Shown: positions 8,188 to 18,681 of the stretch, piece after piece
How positions within the stretch are numbered: the stretch's first letter is position 1
Layout: each line of letters begins with the position of its first letter
NCBI RefSeq assembly: GCF_034927525.1
Contig: NZ_JAYFPU010000206.1
Location: forward strand, 1 to 54,387
Length of the DNA stretch: 54,387 nucleotides
Direction of reading: 5' to 3'
DNA from: Christensenella sp.
GTDB taxonomy: Bacteria; Bacillota; Clostridia; Christensenellales; Christensenellaceae
Program-made: the position numbers and the translations under genes
Notes under the pieces: generated by a model
What the model saw: the letters and a program-made list of their open reading frames with translations, nothing else
Told to the model about the DNA's origin: nothing
The model's database searches: none

Positions 8188-9165
8188 TCAAACCTTGATC
8201 CGGTTGCGAATGATATTGTTCATCAAAATCGCAAGGATCAGTACCACGCCGCGCACCACGTTCTGGATATATTCCGTCATGCCCTGCATGTTCATAATAT
8301 TTCCCAGCACAGCGATAAACAATGCACCGATCAGCATACCCAGCACCGTGCCACGTCCGCCGTTGATGTCCGTACCGCCCAAAACCGCCACGATGATACA
8401 GTCGGATTCCAGACTGGGGAAGATACCGCTGTCGGCAGCAGCAAGACGCGAAGTCAGCACTACGCCGGCAAACGCCGCCATCATTCCCGAACCCATAAAT
8501 ACTCTTGAAATGACTTTTTTGTCGTTAATGCCCGAAAGCTTTGCATTCGTGATGTTAGAACCGACCGCATATACCTTGCTTCCGAACGTTGTTTTGCCCT
8601 GGATGATCATAAAGATGACGACAGCGATGAGCGCATATACCATAGGCATCGGAACGCCGCCGATCGTCTGACCGATGATGCCGATATCCTGCGGCAGGTT
8701 GAACACCACTGCGCCGCCTGCGCCAATAAGCGCCACGCCACGGCAGATGTAGCTGAACGCAAGGGAGATGATGAATGACGGCAGCTTGAACTTCGCAATG
8801 GAATATCCACTTAAAAATCCGAAGCCCCCGCCGATCAATACCGCAAGCACCGCCGCGACCAGCACAGGCACGCCTGCAATGGTCATTAGGCCGAACAGCA
8901 CGGCGCCCATTGCGCCCACACCGCCAACCGACAGGTCAAGGTTTCCTGAAATAAGCACCAGCGTGACCGCCGCACCAACCATAATGATGCTGGACGAGTT
9001 CACAAAAATGTTCAATATATTTGTATAGCCGAAGAACAGATCGGGCTGTAATATAAAACCAATAATACACGCTACCACAAAGATCAGGAAGATCGTAAGG
9101 TTTTGTACGCCGTCAGAGGTCATTTTCAGGCCTTTTTTCTGCGTCAGCGTTTTCTCTTTATTCAT
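8188..9165 (-). CDS. Monosaccharide ABC transporter permease (RbsC family)
   Basis: LDLSVG, VYAVGSN..AKLSGI, VLGGTDINGGRG. Confidence 0.93.
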   Translation of the reverse strand: MNKEKTLTQKKGLKMTSDGVQNLTIFLIFVVACIIGFILQPDLFFGYTNILNIFVNSSSIIMVGAAVTLVLISGNLDLSVGGVGAMGAVLFGLMTIAGVPVLVAAVLAVLIGGGFGFLSGYSIAKFKLPSFIISLAFSYICRGVALIGAGGAVVFNLPQDIGIIGQTIGGVPMPMVYALIAVVIFMIIQGKTTFGSKVYAVGSNITNAKLSGINDKKVISRVFMGSGMMAAFAGVVLTSRLAAADSGIFPSLESDCIIVAVLGGTDINGGRGTVLGMLIGALFIAVLGNIMNMQGMTEYIQNVVRGVVLILAILMNNIIRNRIKV

Positions 9166-10654
9166 GATCCGTACCTCCTCCCGTAACGATATGCATGATT
9201 TCTTGTGTTTTGAGTGTTTCGTCGTTGTTCATGATGGCTTTTACCTCACCGTCAAACAGCAGCACAATGCGGTCACACAGGCCGAGTATCTCCGGCAGTT
9301 CGCTGGAAAAAACGATAGCCGAGCAGCCGTCTTTTACCATCTGGCGGATGATATGGTATATCTCCTGCTTTGCACCTACGTCAACGCCCCTTGTCGGCTC
9401 GTCGAGCAACAGCACCTTCGGGTCTGCGTTCAAGCACTTTGCCAAAACGACCTTCTGCTGGTTACCGCCGGAAAGATAAGCAACGGACTGGTTTTCGTTA
9501 CGGCAGGCAATGCCGATGGAGTCGATGTACTTTCTGGCGACCTCAGCCTGCTTTGCCTTGTTGAGCATGCCGTTTTTGGAAACCGTGTGATAGTTCATCA
9601 TCGGCGTATTGGATGCAATGGAAAGCGCGGTTGCGATTCCCTGCGTCCGGCGCTCCTCCGGCACAAGGGCGATCCCCTTTGCAAGCGCCTTGCCCGGCGT
9701 TTTCAAATCCGCTTTTTCGCCGTCCACAAGCACTTCACCAATATACGGATCCGCTCCGTAAAGCGCCCGCGCGATTTCTGTCTTGCCCGCGCCGATTAGG
9801 CCGTAAAAGCCCAATATCTCGCCTTTATAAAGATCAAAGTTGATGTTTTTCAGCTTGTCCGTCGTAATCCCGTTTACTTCGATCGCTTTTTTGCTTTTAT
9901 CCACAGCATTGGGAACATAATCCTCCATGATGACCTTGCCGATCATCAGCTGGATCAGATCGCTGCGGTCTGCAACCTCGCTGCGCGGCTTTGTTTCGAT
10001 GTGCTTGCCGTCGCGCAGTACCGTGATATAGTCTGCAAGCTCCATGATCTCTTCCAGACGGTGCGAAATGTATATAATCGTAATCCCCTGTTTTTTCAGA
10101 TCGGCTATGATCTCAAACAGGCGGTTGACCTCTTCTTCTGTCAAAGCCGCGGTCGGCTCGTCCATGATGATAACGTCCGAATCCATCGCAAGCGCTTTTG
10201 CCATCTCAACGACCTGGCGTTTCGCAACGCTCAACTCCTCGATATACTGCTTGGGCTCGATTGATGCGTCGATCCTGCGCAGTACGTCAAAAACCTTTTG
10301 GTTGGAACTTTTTTTGATGATACCGAATTTTGTCTCCTCAAGGCCGAGACAGATATTTTCTTCCACCCGTAGCTTCTCAACGACGTTAAGCTCCTGGAAC
10401 AGGCATCCGATGCCGCTTTTCATTGCATCCTTTGTGCTTGTGGGGCTGAACTCTTTTCCATTATATAGAATCGTGCCGGAGGTTTTGGGATGCGCGCCCG
10501 TCAATATTTTGATCAACGTAGACTTCCCCGCACCATTTTCACCAACCAGACAATGGCATGAACCTTTTACAATGTTAAAACTAACGTCGTCAAGCGCCTT
10601 GACACCGGTGAAATGTTTTGAAATGTTTTTTATTTCCAAAATATGCTCAGGCAT
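9158..10654 (-). CDS. Monosaccharide ABC transporter ATP-binding protein (RbsA family, two NBDs)
   Basis: GENGAGKST, DEPT, LSGGNQQK, DEPTRGVDVGAK. Start set at ATG 10654 after GGAGGT. Confidence 0.95.
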   Translation of the reverse strand: MPEHILEIKNISKHFTGVKALDDVSFNIVKGSCHCLVGENGAGKSTLIKILTGAHPKTSGTILYNGKEFSPTSTKDAMKSGIGCLFQELNVVEKLRVEENICLGLEETKFGIIKKSSNQKVFDVLRRIDASIEPKQYIEELSVAKRQVVEMAKALAMDSDVIIMDEPTAALTEEEVNRLFEIIADLKKQGITIIYISHRLEEIMELADYITVLRDGKHIETKPRSEVADRSDLIQLMIGKVIMEDYVPNAVDKSKKAIEVNGITTDKLKNINFDLYKGEILGFYGLIGAGKTEIARALYGADPYIGEVLVDGEKADLKTPGKALAKGIALVPEERRTQGIATALSIASNTPMMNYHTVSKNGMLNKAKQAEVARKYIDSIGIACRNENQSVAYLSGGNQQKVVLAKCLNADPKVLLLDEPTRGVDVGAKQEIYHIIRQMVKDGCSAIVFSSELPEILGLCDRIVLLFDGEVKAIMNNDETLKTQEIMHIVTGGGTDHE

Positions 10655-10707
10655 TTGAACCTCCATTTCTGATGTTTACCGCCAGGCGGTAAATGTTTAA
10701 CTTTTTG

Positions 10708-10731
10708 CAGGCAGGGGAAACCCCTGCCCGC
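10708..10731 (-). terminator. Stem-loop downstream of the substrate-binding protein gene (terminator or mRNA stabiliser)
   Basis: GGCAGGGG-AAA-CCCCTGCC hairpin in the SBP-ATPase spacer. Confidence 0.5.
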
Positions 10732-10761
10732 AATCTGTTTCATTCTTTGGTTTCGCGTAAC

Positions 10762-11970
10762 TTACGCTACTTTGTTGTCTCCAAACGTACCAACCAGATC
10801 CAGTTCCTTTTCAGGCATATACTGTGTGTTGTACCAATCCTGCATAGATTTCACAGAATCTTTGTAGTAGTTGAAGTACGTATCCGGTACTTTTTCTTCT
10901 ACATATACGTCGTTGTCCATTTCGCCGTTGATCAGCTTCATGATCATGTCGACCTGCGCATAAGCAAATGTCTGCGGCTGCATGCCGAGGCAATACTTGA
11001 GCGAAGACGTCGGATCAGCGATCTTGTTGAGCTCGCCGTCGGAAGCGTCTGTCGAAGCGATGATCTCTGTCTGCGGAACGCCGTCTACAGCTTTGCCGCG
11101 GCCAGCAGCTTCATATGCCGCCAAAGCGCCAAGACCGTTGGAAACGTTGTCGCCATAAACGACATTTACATCCGGGTACTTTGTGATCGCGTCAGAAGTT
11201 ACCTTCGTTGCTTTCTCAAGGTCTCCGCCTGCATGCTCCCAGTAAGTAGCGCCTGTGAGCGTTTCGCCAGCTGTGTTCTTAAAGCCTCTGTCATCTGTCG
11301 GCAGATAGTCAACAACTGTCTTTACGCCAGCCAGGAACGGGCCGCTGCGGTTGTCAAAGCAGAACGCGATGTCTGTCCAGCTTACAAGACCTACCTGAAC
11401 TTCTTTGTCAGGATACAGCTCGATCCACTGTTTCGCCATATCAGCGCCCATCTGGGAAGCAACTTCCGCCTCGTCGATCGCAAGGAACGGAACCTTCTTG
11501 CCCTTTGCCGCAACATTGTATGTCATGATGTTGATGTCAGCATCGCGTACTTCGTTGATGATCTCATCAACGCCGTCTTCCGTTACCGGATGCAGGATGA
11601 TGCCGTCAACGCCTTTGCTGATGAATGTCTCAACCGCAGCAATCTCTTTGTTGAGGTCGCTGTCCGGATCGATGACTTCGTATGTAGCGCCATACTTTTC
11701 ATCTGCATAGATCTTTGCCCATTTTGCATCGTTACCGTGAACGTCATGCTTTAACGTGATCGGCACCTTACCGATTACAACGTCTGTCTTTGCAGCACCA
11801 CCCTCTGCAGATTCCTCGGCGCCTTCGGACGCTGCCGGAGCTGCCGCAGATTCAGACGCTGCCGGAGCCGCGGACTCAGATGCTGCCGGCGGAGCCGTGC
11901 AAGCGATCAGGGCTACTGCTACGAGCATAATCGCGATAACGATAGCAACCAATTTTGTACTCTTTTTCAT
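10762..11970 (-). CDS. Sugar ABC transporter substrate-binding lipoprotein (RbsB/LacI fold)
   Basis: Lipoprotein signal ...ALIAC, Ala/Ser/Pro linker repeats (PAASESAA), VETFISKGVDGIILHP. Confidence 0.88.
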   Translation of the reverse strand: MKKSTKLVAIVIAIMLVAVALIACTAPPAASESAAPAASESAAAPAASEGAEESAEGGAAKTDVVIGKVPITLKHDVHGNDAKWAKIYADEKYGATYEVIDPDSDLNKEIAAVETFISKGVDGIILHPVTEDGVDEIINEVRDADINIMTYNVAAKGKKVPFLAIDEAEVASQMGADMAKQWIELYPDKEVQVGLVSWTDIAFCFDNRSGPFLAGVKTVVDYLPTDDRGFKNTAGETLTGATYWEHAGGDLEKATKVTSDAITKYPDVNVVYGDNVSNGLGALAAYEAAGRGKAVDGVPQTEIIASTDASDGELNKIADPTSSLKYCLGMQPQTFAYAQVDMIMKLINGEMDNDVYVEEKVPDTYFNYYKDSVKSMQDWYNTQYMPEKELDLVGTFGDNKVA

Positions 11971-12031
11971 TTTCTTTATTCCTCCTTTTTTATTTATATT
12001 AATACCGTGTTATGCGGTATTTATCGGGTGA

Positions 12032-13324
12032 TCAGCCGGCGACCGCCGCAACTCTTTCCATCAGAGCATTAAGCCGTCCCTTATCCATATAATAGACCGC
12101 ACTGCCGTCAGAAAGCCCCATAAAATAGGTGCTGTCGTCACGCGGCAGAAGTGCCAGTGTCAGTTCCTGTCCGTTTGTAAGCGTGGTCTTCATGTTCGCC
12201 ACCGCCTGCATATCCTTTGCCCCCGCATCGTCCCTGCCATCCGCAAGAAGCAATACATATTTATAGTAGATGCCTACGAAATCCTCATAATCGATCATTC
12301 TGCCATTTACCGACGCGGTCTGCATGGCACTGTTTACCGCAAAGAGATATTGTTTTCCGCCGATATTCATTTCGATCGAACTGATATCGTCTATATTCGC
12401 CTTGAGCGGCGATATAAACAACAGGCTTTGTGCGTTAAGCTGCGAAAAATCGATATCTGCCGTATACAGCATTGCGACGTCGTCCTCGCTGCCCGTACGG
12501 ACAAAGGTCGCGGCGCCGGATTTGTTCCCAAATTCCAACGTCTGCTGGTTTCCGCTTGCGTCCACCAAGATCAGTGCGTCCTTTGCGTCGCTTAGGCCCA
12601 TGTCGCTTTCTGTGACCTGTGCCATATCCGGGAATCCCGCAATCGTCCACCCCCTGAGCATTTCAAGGATCTCGTTGGTCACGATGCTCCTCGCCGGTGC
12701 TTCGTACGGATAATTGAGATACCAGCTCGTCCCGTCTGATATGAGACTCACGCTTAGCTCTCCATCCTTATAGTAGGCGACCTGCCGCAAATTTGCGCCG
12801 TCCACCGTGAACACATTTTTATCCCTGTAGGCTGTGAGGCTCCCGTCGAACTGCGCCACATTCGCCGAAGGCGTGAGCGCCACGACATTGCTGTCCTGAT
12901 CCTTGACGTAAGCGCTGCTACTGCTTATTGTAGGCCTCCCTACCAAAAAGCTGTATTCCGCGCCCCCGCTTGTCCTTACCGTTACGTTTGCCGTTGGCTG
13001 CTCGAACCCATAAAGGCCGATCTCCTGATCGAGCACGCGCGAAATCGTGAAATGATTGAGCGCGTCCAGCATCAGCTTCATTTTTTCATCGTTCGTGCGG
13101 TACTGCTGCCCGTTTTCCGAAACGATCCATTTTCCGTCGACGAGATCGAATGTATATGTTCCATACCCGTTCGTGATTTCAATATGCTCTGCCTGCTGCC
13201 CGTCTAGGGAAAACAGCTTGCCGGATAATGCAGGATCGTTCGAATTGCTGACCACCGCATATACGGCGATCAAAGCAGCAAGCACGATGACCAGTATGAT
13301 TAACTTTTTATGCTTTTTCAGCAT
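12032..13324 (-). CDS. Membrane-anchored DUF4340-like protein
   Basis: N-terminal TM helix; two repeated extracellular units (YGFEQP..., MGLSDA...); position after GldG is typical. Confidence 0.7.
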   Translation of the reverse strand: MLKKHKKLIILVIVLAALIAVYAVVSNSNDPALSGKLFSLDGQQAEHIEITNGYGTYTFDLVDGKWIVSENGQQYRTNDEKMKLMLDALNHFTISRVLDQEIGLYGFEQPTANVTVRTSGGAEYSFLVGRPTISSSSAYVKDQDSNVVALTPSANVAQFDGSLTAYRDKNVFTVDGANLRQVAYYKDGELSVSLISDGTSWYLNYPYEAPARSIVTNEILEMLRGWTIAGFPDMAQVTESDMGLSDAKDALILVDASGNQQTLEFGNKSGAATFVRTGSEDDVAMLYTADIDFSQLNAQSLLFISPLKANIDDISSIEMNIGGKQYLFAVNSAMQTASVNGRMIDYEDFVGIYYKYVLLLADGRDDAGAKDMQAVANMKTTLTNGQELTLALLPRDDSTYFMGLSDGSAVYYMDKGRLNALMERVAAVAG

Positions 13325-13351
13325 TCCCCGTCCTCCCCGGCCGTCGCTTCG

Positions 13352-14758
13352 CTATTTGTTCTTCTTCATGCGCCATACGAATATCGCGCCTACGAACATC
13401 ACGAGCGGCATCACCACACAGCAGATGATCATCAGCTTTACAAAATCCGCGCCGCGCACCACCATGCTATTGGAGTTGATAACCTTTCCGGCGATCATCG
13501 CGGAGTCGCGTCCGCCATTTAACCAGTCAACACTATTAATGAACAGGTTACTGTTTCCCTGCATTTCAAGGTTTCCGTCTGTCATAAAATTGGAATCCCC
13601 GATGACCACCATACGCGGCCCGTTTTGTTCCACCGCGTACGCTAAGTTGATGGGCCCCTGTACGTCTTTTTCTGTCATGCCGTTTTCCGCAATGGATACA
13701 TCCGTGCGCATCCACGAGGAGGGCGACGATTGCAGCAGCGGCGTCAGCTTGACGTCGTCCGCATGCTCAACTTCCGTCAGTCCACGTACAAGCGGCAGCA
13801 CCACATATTTCTGGTCGTTTATCATTTGCTCTGTGATGGCGTGTTCGCCATACCGCGGGATCAGGTACATGTTGCTCGTCGTCAGGTAGTACGACTGATC
13901 CTCCTCGAACACAAAGTTGTTTGCAATATCAATGCCGTACGAACGCGTGATCTCGCCGAAGTTTTTCAGCTTGTCCGTATTGGTGCTGAGTGTCGGATCC
14001 ACGCTCAGCAGGAACTTTCCGCCCGCTTCAAGGTATGTGCGCAACGCCGCTGCTTCTTCGTCAGATAAGTCTTCCGCGGGGGAAACCGCGATCACCATCG
14101 AAGCATCCTCGGGCACGCTTCCTTTTTCCAGCAGCGAAAGCGTATCTACTGCGTACGCGTCCCGCTCCAGCAGGGCTACCGCTTTTGCGGTGTCCGTGCC
14201 TGTTTTCAGCTCGTCATGCCCTTGTAAAAAGTATATCTTTGGTAGCGTTTCCGCTGTCACATAGCGGATCGCGCCCGTGATCTCGCTCTCGCCGTAAAAC
14301 TGGTTGCCCGTTTCGCCCGACGCAAACAGCTCTGTCGGGGCGATCACCTTATACCGTCCGTTGCCGTTGACGATGATCGTGCCGTTGGGTACGGCCTTCA
14401 CATCTCCAAGCTCATAGCCTGCAAGCATGCCGGGGTTTTTATCCACATCCAGAAATTCTACTTGAATGTTGGGAGAAATCTTCTCGTACTCTTTCAAGAG
14501 CGCGCTTACCATGGCATCCTGATTGCTGTCCGAATAAACCGCTCCGATCTTTACCGTGTCCGTAAGGCCGTCCGTAACGTTTTTTGTTTCTTCGCTTAAC
14601 ACAAACAGCTTCTGTCCTGTCATATCGTATGTCCACGGCACGCGGTATGCAAGCTGTACGCCGAATACGACGATCAGCGCCACCACCACAATCCATATGA
14701 TGGAGGTGACCATAAATTTCTTCTTTTTTGCCGCAATAACTGATTGTTCTTTCTTCAT
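13352..14758 (-). CDS. GldG-family ABC transporter auxiliary component
   Basis: DMTGQKLFVLSEET, YFLQGHDE, VVIGDSNF...N.NLFINSVDWL, C-terminal TM helix. Confidence 0.85.
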   Translation of the reverse strand: MKKEQSVIAAKKKKFMVTSIIWIVVVALIVVFGVQLAYRVPWTYDMTGQKLFVLSEETKNVTDGLTDTVKIGAVYSDSNQDAMVSALLKEYEKISPNIQVEFLDVDKNPGMLAGYELGDVKAVPNGTIIVNGNGRYKVIAPTELFASGETGNQFYGESEITGAIRYVTAETLPKIYFLQGHDELKTGTDTAKAVALLERDAYAVDTLSLLEKGSVPEDASMVIAVSPAEDLSDEEAAALRTYLEAGGKFLLSVDPTLSTNTDKLKNFGEITRSYGIDIANNFVFEEDQSYYLTTSNMYLIPRYGEHAITEQMINDQKYVVLPLVRGLTEVEHADDVKLTPLLQSSPSSWMRTDVSIAENGMTEKDVQGPINLAYAVEQNGPRMVVIGDSNFMTDGNLEMQGNSNLFINSVDWLNGGRDSAMIAGKVINSNSMVVRGADFVKLMIICCVVMPLVMFVGAIFVWRMKKNK

Positions 14759-14771
14759 CTCTGCCTCCCCC

Positions 14772-15479
14772 TCAGTTAAACCGGCGTTTTTCCATGCTCT
14801 TGATGGTCAGCAGCACGAAAACGATCGTCAGCCCGATGTAATAGCAGATCGGCCCCAAACTCAATATACCGAGTGTGAACTGGTCGTATTGCACTGTGAT
14901 CGCGATCGCGGAAAGCATAGGCGTCAGCACGGGGATCGTCATCGACTTCGTGAACGAGGCCAGCAAAACCATGAAAAACAAAAGCCCGAAAGAAGCGATC
15001 GCCGCCGTGATCTGGTTTTCTACCATCGAGGAGATGAACAGGCATACCGAGCTCATCGCCATACCGAGCAGGAAAAAGCCCAGATACGAGGCCGCAAGCG
15101 CCCCAAAATTTGGGTCGCCGTATGCCGCGATAATGCCCACATAGACCAGCGTCGCCAACAGCGCGATGCCAAACAGCGTCAGCGCGGCAAAGAATTTGCC
15201 CAGCACGATATCCGTCATCTTGAGCTTGGACGTTACCAGCACCATTTCCGTACCCGCCTGCCGTTCTTCCGCGAACAGCTTCATTGTGAGCACCGGAAAG
15301 ATAATAAAAGCAAAATTTTTCAGCAGGTCGAATGTGCCCGCCATATCCCCGTTGCCCCCGAGGAGGTTGTAGATCGTGAACATGATGCCCGACAGGATGA
15401 GGAACACGCCGAGGAAGATGTAACCAAAAGGCGTTGTGAAATAGACTGCCATCTCTTTCTTGTACAGATACTTCATCAC
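14772..15479 (-). CDS. ABC-2 permease (GldF-like)
   Basis: KEMAVYFTTPFGY, PVLTMKLFAEERQAGT.LL, IVLGKF, ENQITAA. Confidence 0.88.
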   Translation of the reverse strand: MMKYLYKKEMAVYFTTPFGYIFLGVFLILSGIMFTIYNLLGGNGDMAGTFDLLKNFAFIIFPVLTMKLFAEERQAGTEMVLVTSKLKMTDIVLGKFFAALTLFGIALLATLVYVGIIAAYGDPNFGALAASYLGFFLLGMAMSSVCLFISSMVENQITAAIASFGLLFFMVLLASFTKSMTIPVLTPMLSAIAITVQYDQFTLGILSLGPICYYIGLTIVFVLLTIKSMEKRRFN

Positions 15480-16423
15480 TGCGCCTCCTTTCCCTTACGT
15501 GCATCCACCGCAGTCAGGTTGAGGAACACCTGCTCGAGTGTCAATTGCATATTTTTCATTTCAAGGATCGCCATATTTTCCTGCGCCAGCGCGAAGAAAA
15601 TACGTTTGCGGAGCGCAGGGCTGTCCTGCTCTGAGATGTGGAACCAGCTTCCCTGTCCAGCGCCCTCTGCCGGCGCAAAGCACGATTCGTCCATCACGCC
15701 CGCAAGCACCCGTTTCGCTTCGGCTTGTTCTGCATCCACCAGCAGCAGGAATCCGTTTTTGCCCTGCTCCAGCTTTTCCATCTGGTCGACGGCCACAACG
15801 CGTCCTTCGTTTAAAATCACTACCTTTTCGCATACCATGTCGATCTCCGACAGGATATGCGTGCTGAATATGATCGTATGGTTTTTGCCAAGCTCGATCA
15901 TCAGCTTTCTGAAATCGGCGATCTGCCGCGGGTCGAGCCCTACCGTCGGCTCGTCCAAAATCAGTATTTCCGGCATACCCATCAGCGCCCCGGCAAGGCC
16001 TACGCGCTGGCGGTATCCTTTGGAAAGATGCGCGATCACACGTTCTTTTACGTGTGCGACCTGCGCGATGTCCATCACTTCTTCAATACGGGATGCGCGT
16101 TCTTCCTTTGCGATCCCTTTGATCTCTGCCATAAATTTCAAGTATTCAGCAACTTCCATTTCCAGATAAAGCGGCGGAAGCTCGGGCAAAAAACCGATCT
16201 TGGCAGCGGCTTCGCGCGGATTTTCCACCACGTCGATGCCATCTACCAATATCGTTCCGTTTGTGGGCATCAGGTAACCCGCGATCATTTTCATGATCGT
16301 GGTCTTACCTGCGCCGTTCGGCCCGAGCAGGCCGACGATCTCACCCTTATTGATTTTGAAGCTGACATTCTCTACCGCTGTCTTTTCGCCGTATTTTCTT
16401 GTCAGGTTGCTGATTTCAATCAT
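15476..16423 (-). CDS. ABC transporter ATP-binding protein (GldA-like)
   Basis: GPNGAGKTT, LSKGYRQRVGLA, LDEPTVGLDP, STHILSE. Confidence 0.93.
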   Translation of the reverse strand: MIEISNLTRKYGEKTAVENVSFKINKGEIVGLLGPNGAGKTTIMKMIAGYLMPTNGTILVDGIDVVENPREAAAKIGFLPELPPLYLEMEVAEYLKFMAEIKGIAKEERASRIEEVMDIAQVAHVKERVIAHLSKGYRQRVGLAGALMGMPEILILDEPTVGLDPRQIADFRKLMIELGKNHTIIFSTHILSEIDMVCEKVVILNEGRVVAVDQMEKLEQGKNGFLLLVDAEQAEAKRVLAGVMDESCFAPAEGAGQGSWFHISEQDSPALRKRIFFALAQENMAILEMKNMQLTLEQVFLNLTAVDARKGKEAQ

Positions 16424-16446
16424 ATTGTCTCCCGCAGCAGCTTCCT

Positions 16447-17625
16447 TTACAGACAGAGCTCAAACATCTCGCGGATCACGGCCTCGTTATAGCCGTATTC
16501 CTCTTCCTCGCCCCATGCCCGTGCCGTCGCAAGCGCGTCCGGCGTCATTTTGTCGATCGCGTCCGGATCGGTGATCCCCGCTTCGCTGAGCGTCACCGGT
16601 GCGCCGATTTTCTTAAACCATGCCTCGATCGCCGCGATACCCGCGCAAGCCGCGATCATATCGTCTTCGTCGCGCACGCCGAATACCTCGCGTGCAAACT
16701 GCGCATATTTCGCCGTTCTTTCCTTCAGATAATACCGCATTGTCGCTAAGATCGTTACCGACATCGCAGCGCCGTGCGGCGTGTCGTAAAAATTTGACAG
16801 CGAGTGACCCAGAATATGAATGTTGGAGTTCGGCAGTCCGAATCCGCAATCATAGAACCCGCACCATGCGTAAGACGCCTGCCACATCATGATCGCCCGT
16901 GCGTCTTTGTCTTTGGGGTCTTTTAACAGCCTGTCCATACATTCCATAATGGAACGGATGCCGCCTTCGCAGAAATGGTCCTGATATGGCGCAAACGCGA
17001 GCTGGTGTCCCAAATAGTGCTCCAAAAGGTGCGATACGATATCCGCCGCCGAATACGCCGTCTGGCGGATCGGGATCGTGTAGGTGAGTTCAGGGTCTAA
17101 GATACATACGCGTGGCTTCATGATCGCGCTTACAAAGCCGTCCTTGCGGCGCAGCGTTTCGTTTGTGATAACAGCCGTACCGTTAAGCTCTGAGGACGTC
17201 GCCGGGATCGTGACCACCACGATCACAGGGATCGTATCTTCGATCGCCGCTTTGCCCGTCGGGAAATCCCACGGATCGCCGTCATATTTTGCGGCCACAC
17301 CGATGAACTTTGCTTCGTCCATTGCGCTGCCGCCCCCAAGAGCAATGATCACGTCCGGCTTCTGTTCCTTCGCCATCCTGATCCCGTCTGCCGCATGCTC
17401 CGCCGTCGGATTGCTCTTCACGCCGAAGAACTCCAGCAGCTCGACGCCCGCAGCGTCACAGCTCTTTTTGACTTTATCGTAAAAACCTACCTGTTTTACA
17501 AAATCCTCGTCATATGTAACAAGCATTGCTTTTCTTCCAAAGCCCGCAGCCTGCTCGCCTACTTTTGATACTTCTCCTTCGCCGAACACGATCTTGGTCG
17601 GCACCTGAAATTCGAATGCATACAT
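16447..17625 (-). CDS. Iron-containing alcohol dehydrogenase (butanol dehydrogenase/YqhD-like)
   Basis: PTKIVFGEG, ALGGGSAMD, LDPELTYT, DIVSHLLE, H.LGH.LS...PHG metal ligands. Confidence 0.9.
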   Translation of the reverse strand: MYAFEFQVPTKIVFGEGEVSKVGEQAAGFGRKAMLVTYDEDFVKQVGFYDKVKKSCDAAGVELLEFFGVKSNPTAEHAADGIRMAKEQKPDVIIALGGGSAMDEAKFIGVAAKYDGDPWDFPTGKAAIEDTIPVIVVVTIPATSSELNGTAVITNETLRRKDGFVSAIMKPRVCILDPELTYTIPIRQTAYSAADIVSHLLEHYLGHQLAFAPYQDHFCEGGIRSIMECMDRLLKDPKDKDARAIMMWQASYAWCGFYDCGFGLPNSNIHILGHSLSNFYDTPHGAAMSVTILATMRYYLKERTAKYAQFAREVFGVRDEDDMIAACAGIAAIEAWFKKIGAPVTLSEAGITDPDAIDKMTPDALATARAWGEEEEYGYNEAVIREMFELCL

Positions 17626-17640
17626 GATTTTTTACTCTCC

Positions 17641-18531
17641 TTATTTATTTACTTGATAGAAATGGTCTCCGGTTCCCCTGACTGCGCTTTTCGCGCAAAA
17701 CAATCCGCCGGCTCCCTGATTTGCCTTCAATTCTTCTTCGGAATAACAATACTTGGCAGTCGCTAAGTACAAGTCCTTCATATCTTCTCCGCCAAAACCC
17801 GTGCAGCACGCGAATTCCACCGGAATCTTGATGGTCTCCTTCAGGTTCATGTCTTTGTCCCATACGGATACCTGCTTCGTCCAGTGACAGATATAGAGAT
17901 TGTCCTCGCTGTCGATACTCATGCCATCCGGCATACCGAGCTCGCCAAATTCGATAATGACCCTGCCTTTACCGACAGGCCCGTTATCGATATCGTAATC
18001 GTAGCTGATCAGCGCCTCATTAAAGGTGTCGATCACATACATTTTTGTTGCGTCTGCGTTCCATACGATCGCGTTATACTGGTTGATGCCTTCTTCTACT
18101 ACATGTACGCTCATGTCCGTATCCACCATATAAAAGTTACCGCGCATATCCGGCCTATAGTCGTCCGTGCCGTAAAGCTTGGAGACCGAGCTCGTGAAAA
18201 TACGTCCCTTGGGGTCGATACGCGTATCGTTGTAGCGGTTCTGCTTATTCCCGCTTTCCGGATCACACAAAAGCTCGAGTTCCCCGTTTTTTAGGTCAAG
18301 CAGGTGCATTCCTGTGTCGAGCGCACAGAACAATTTATCCACATCGTTCGTCGGAACCGCGCTGCCAATCAGCGCATTTGTTTTCCATACTTCCTGTTCT
18401 TTGCTTTTGGGATCATAGCGGTGTACGTCGCCCGTAAAAAGATCCGTATAGTAAAGCTTGCCGATCCGCTCGTCCCAGACAGGCGTCTCTGCTATTTCAA
18501 AGCTTTTGTCAAGCACTAAATCAAATTTCAT
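17641..18531 (-). CDS. SMP-30/gluconolactonase family protein
   Basis: AETPVWD, NRYND..IDP.GR, PDGMSIDSE.NL, FGG.DM..LY. Confidence 0.9.
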   Translation of the reverse strand: MKFDLVLDKSFEIAETPVWDERIGKLYYTDLFTGDVHRYDPKSKEQEVWKTNALIGSAVPTNDVDKLFCALDTGMHLLDLKNGELELLCDPESGNKQNRYNDTRIDPKGRIFTSSVSKLYGTDDYRPDMRGNFYMVDTDMSVHVVEEGINQYNAIVWNADATKMYVIDTFNEALISYDYDIDNGPVGKGRVIIEFGELGMPDGMSIDSEDNLYICHWTKQVSVWDKDMNLKETIKIPVEFACCTGFGGEDMKDLYLATAKYCYSEEELKANQGAGGLFCAKSAVRGTGDHFYQVNK

Positions 18532-18681
18532 TGGCCGTTCCTCGTTCGTTTATTTTTGTTAATTTCATTAACTTTAGTTAATTTACATAAGATATTGTTA
18601 ATGTTGAAAACATTAATCTACATTCTTTACTTTTCATTCTGTTGTACTTTGCTGATTTCTTGTAAAAGTTATTCGTTTTCA

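Noticed and set aside
11822-11892. Approximately 24-27-bp tandem repeats
   Set aside because: Encode the PAASESAA lipoprotein linker; degenerate at third codon positions; not a CRISPR array.
10693-16169. Long plus-strand ORFs 10693..11754, 13056..13889, 14556..16169
   Set aside because: Antisense to well-supported genes, with no motifs; typical codon-bias shadows.
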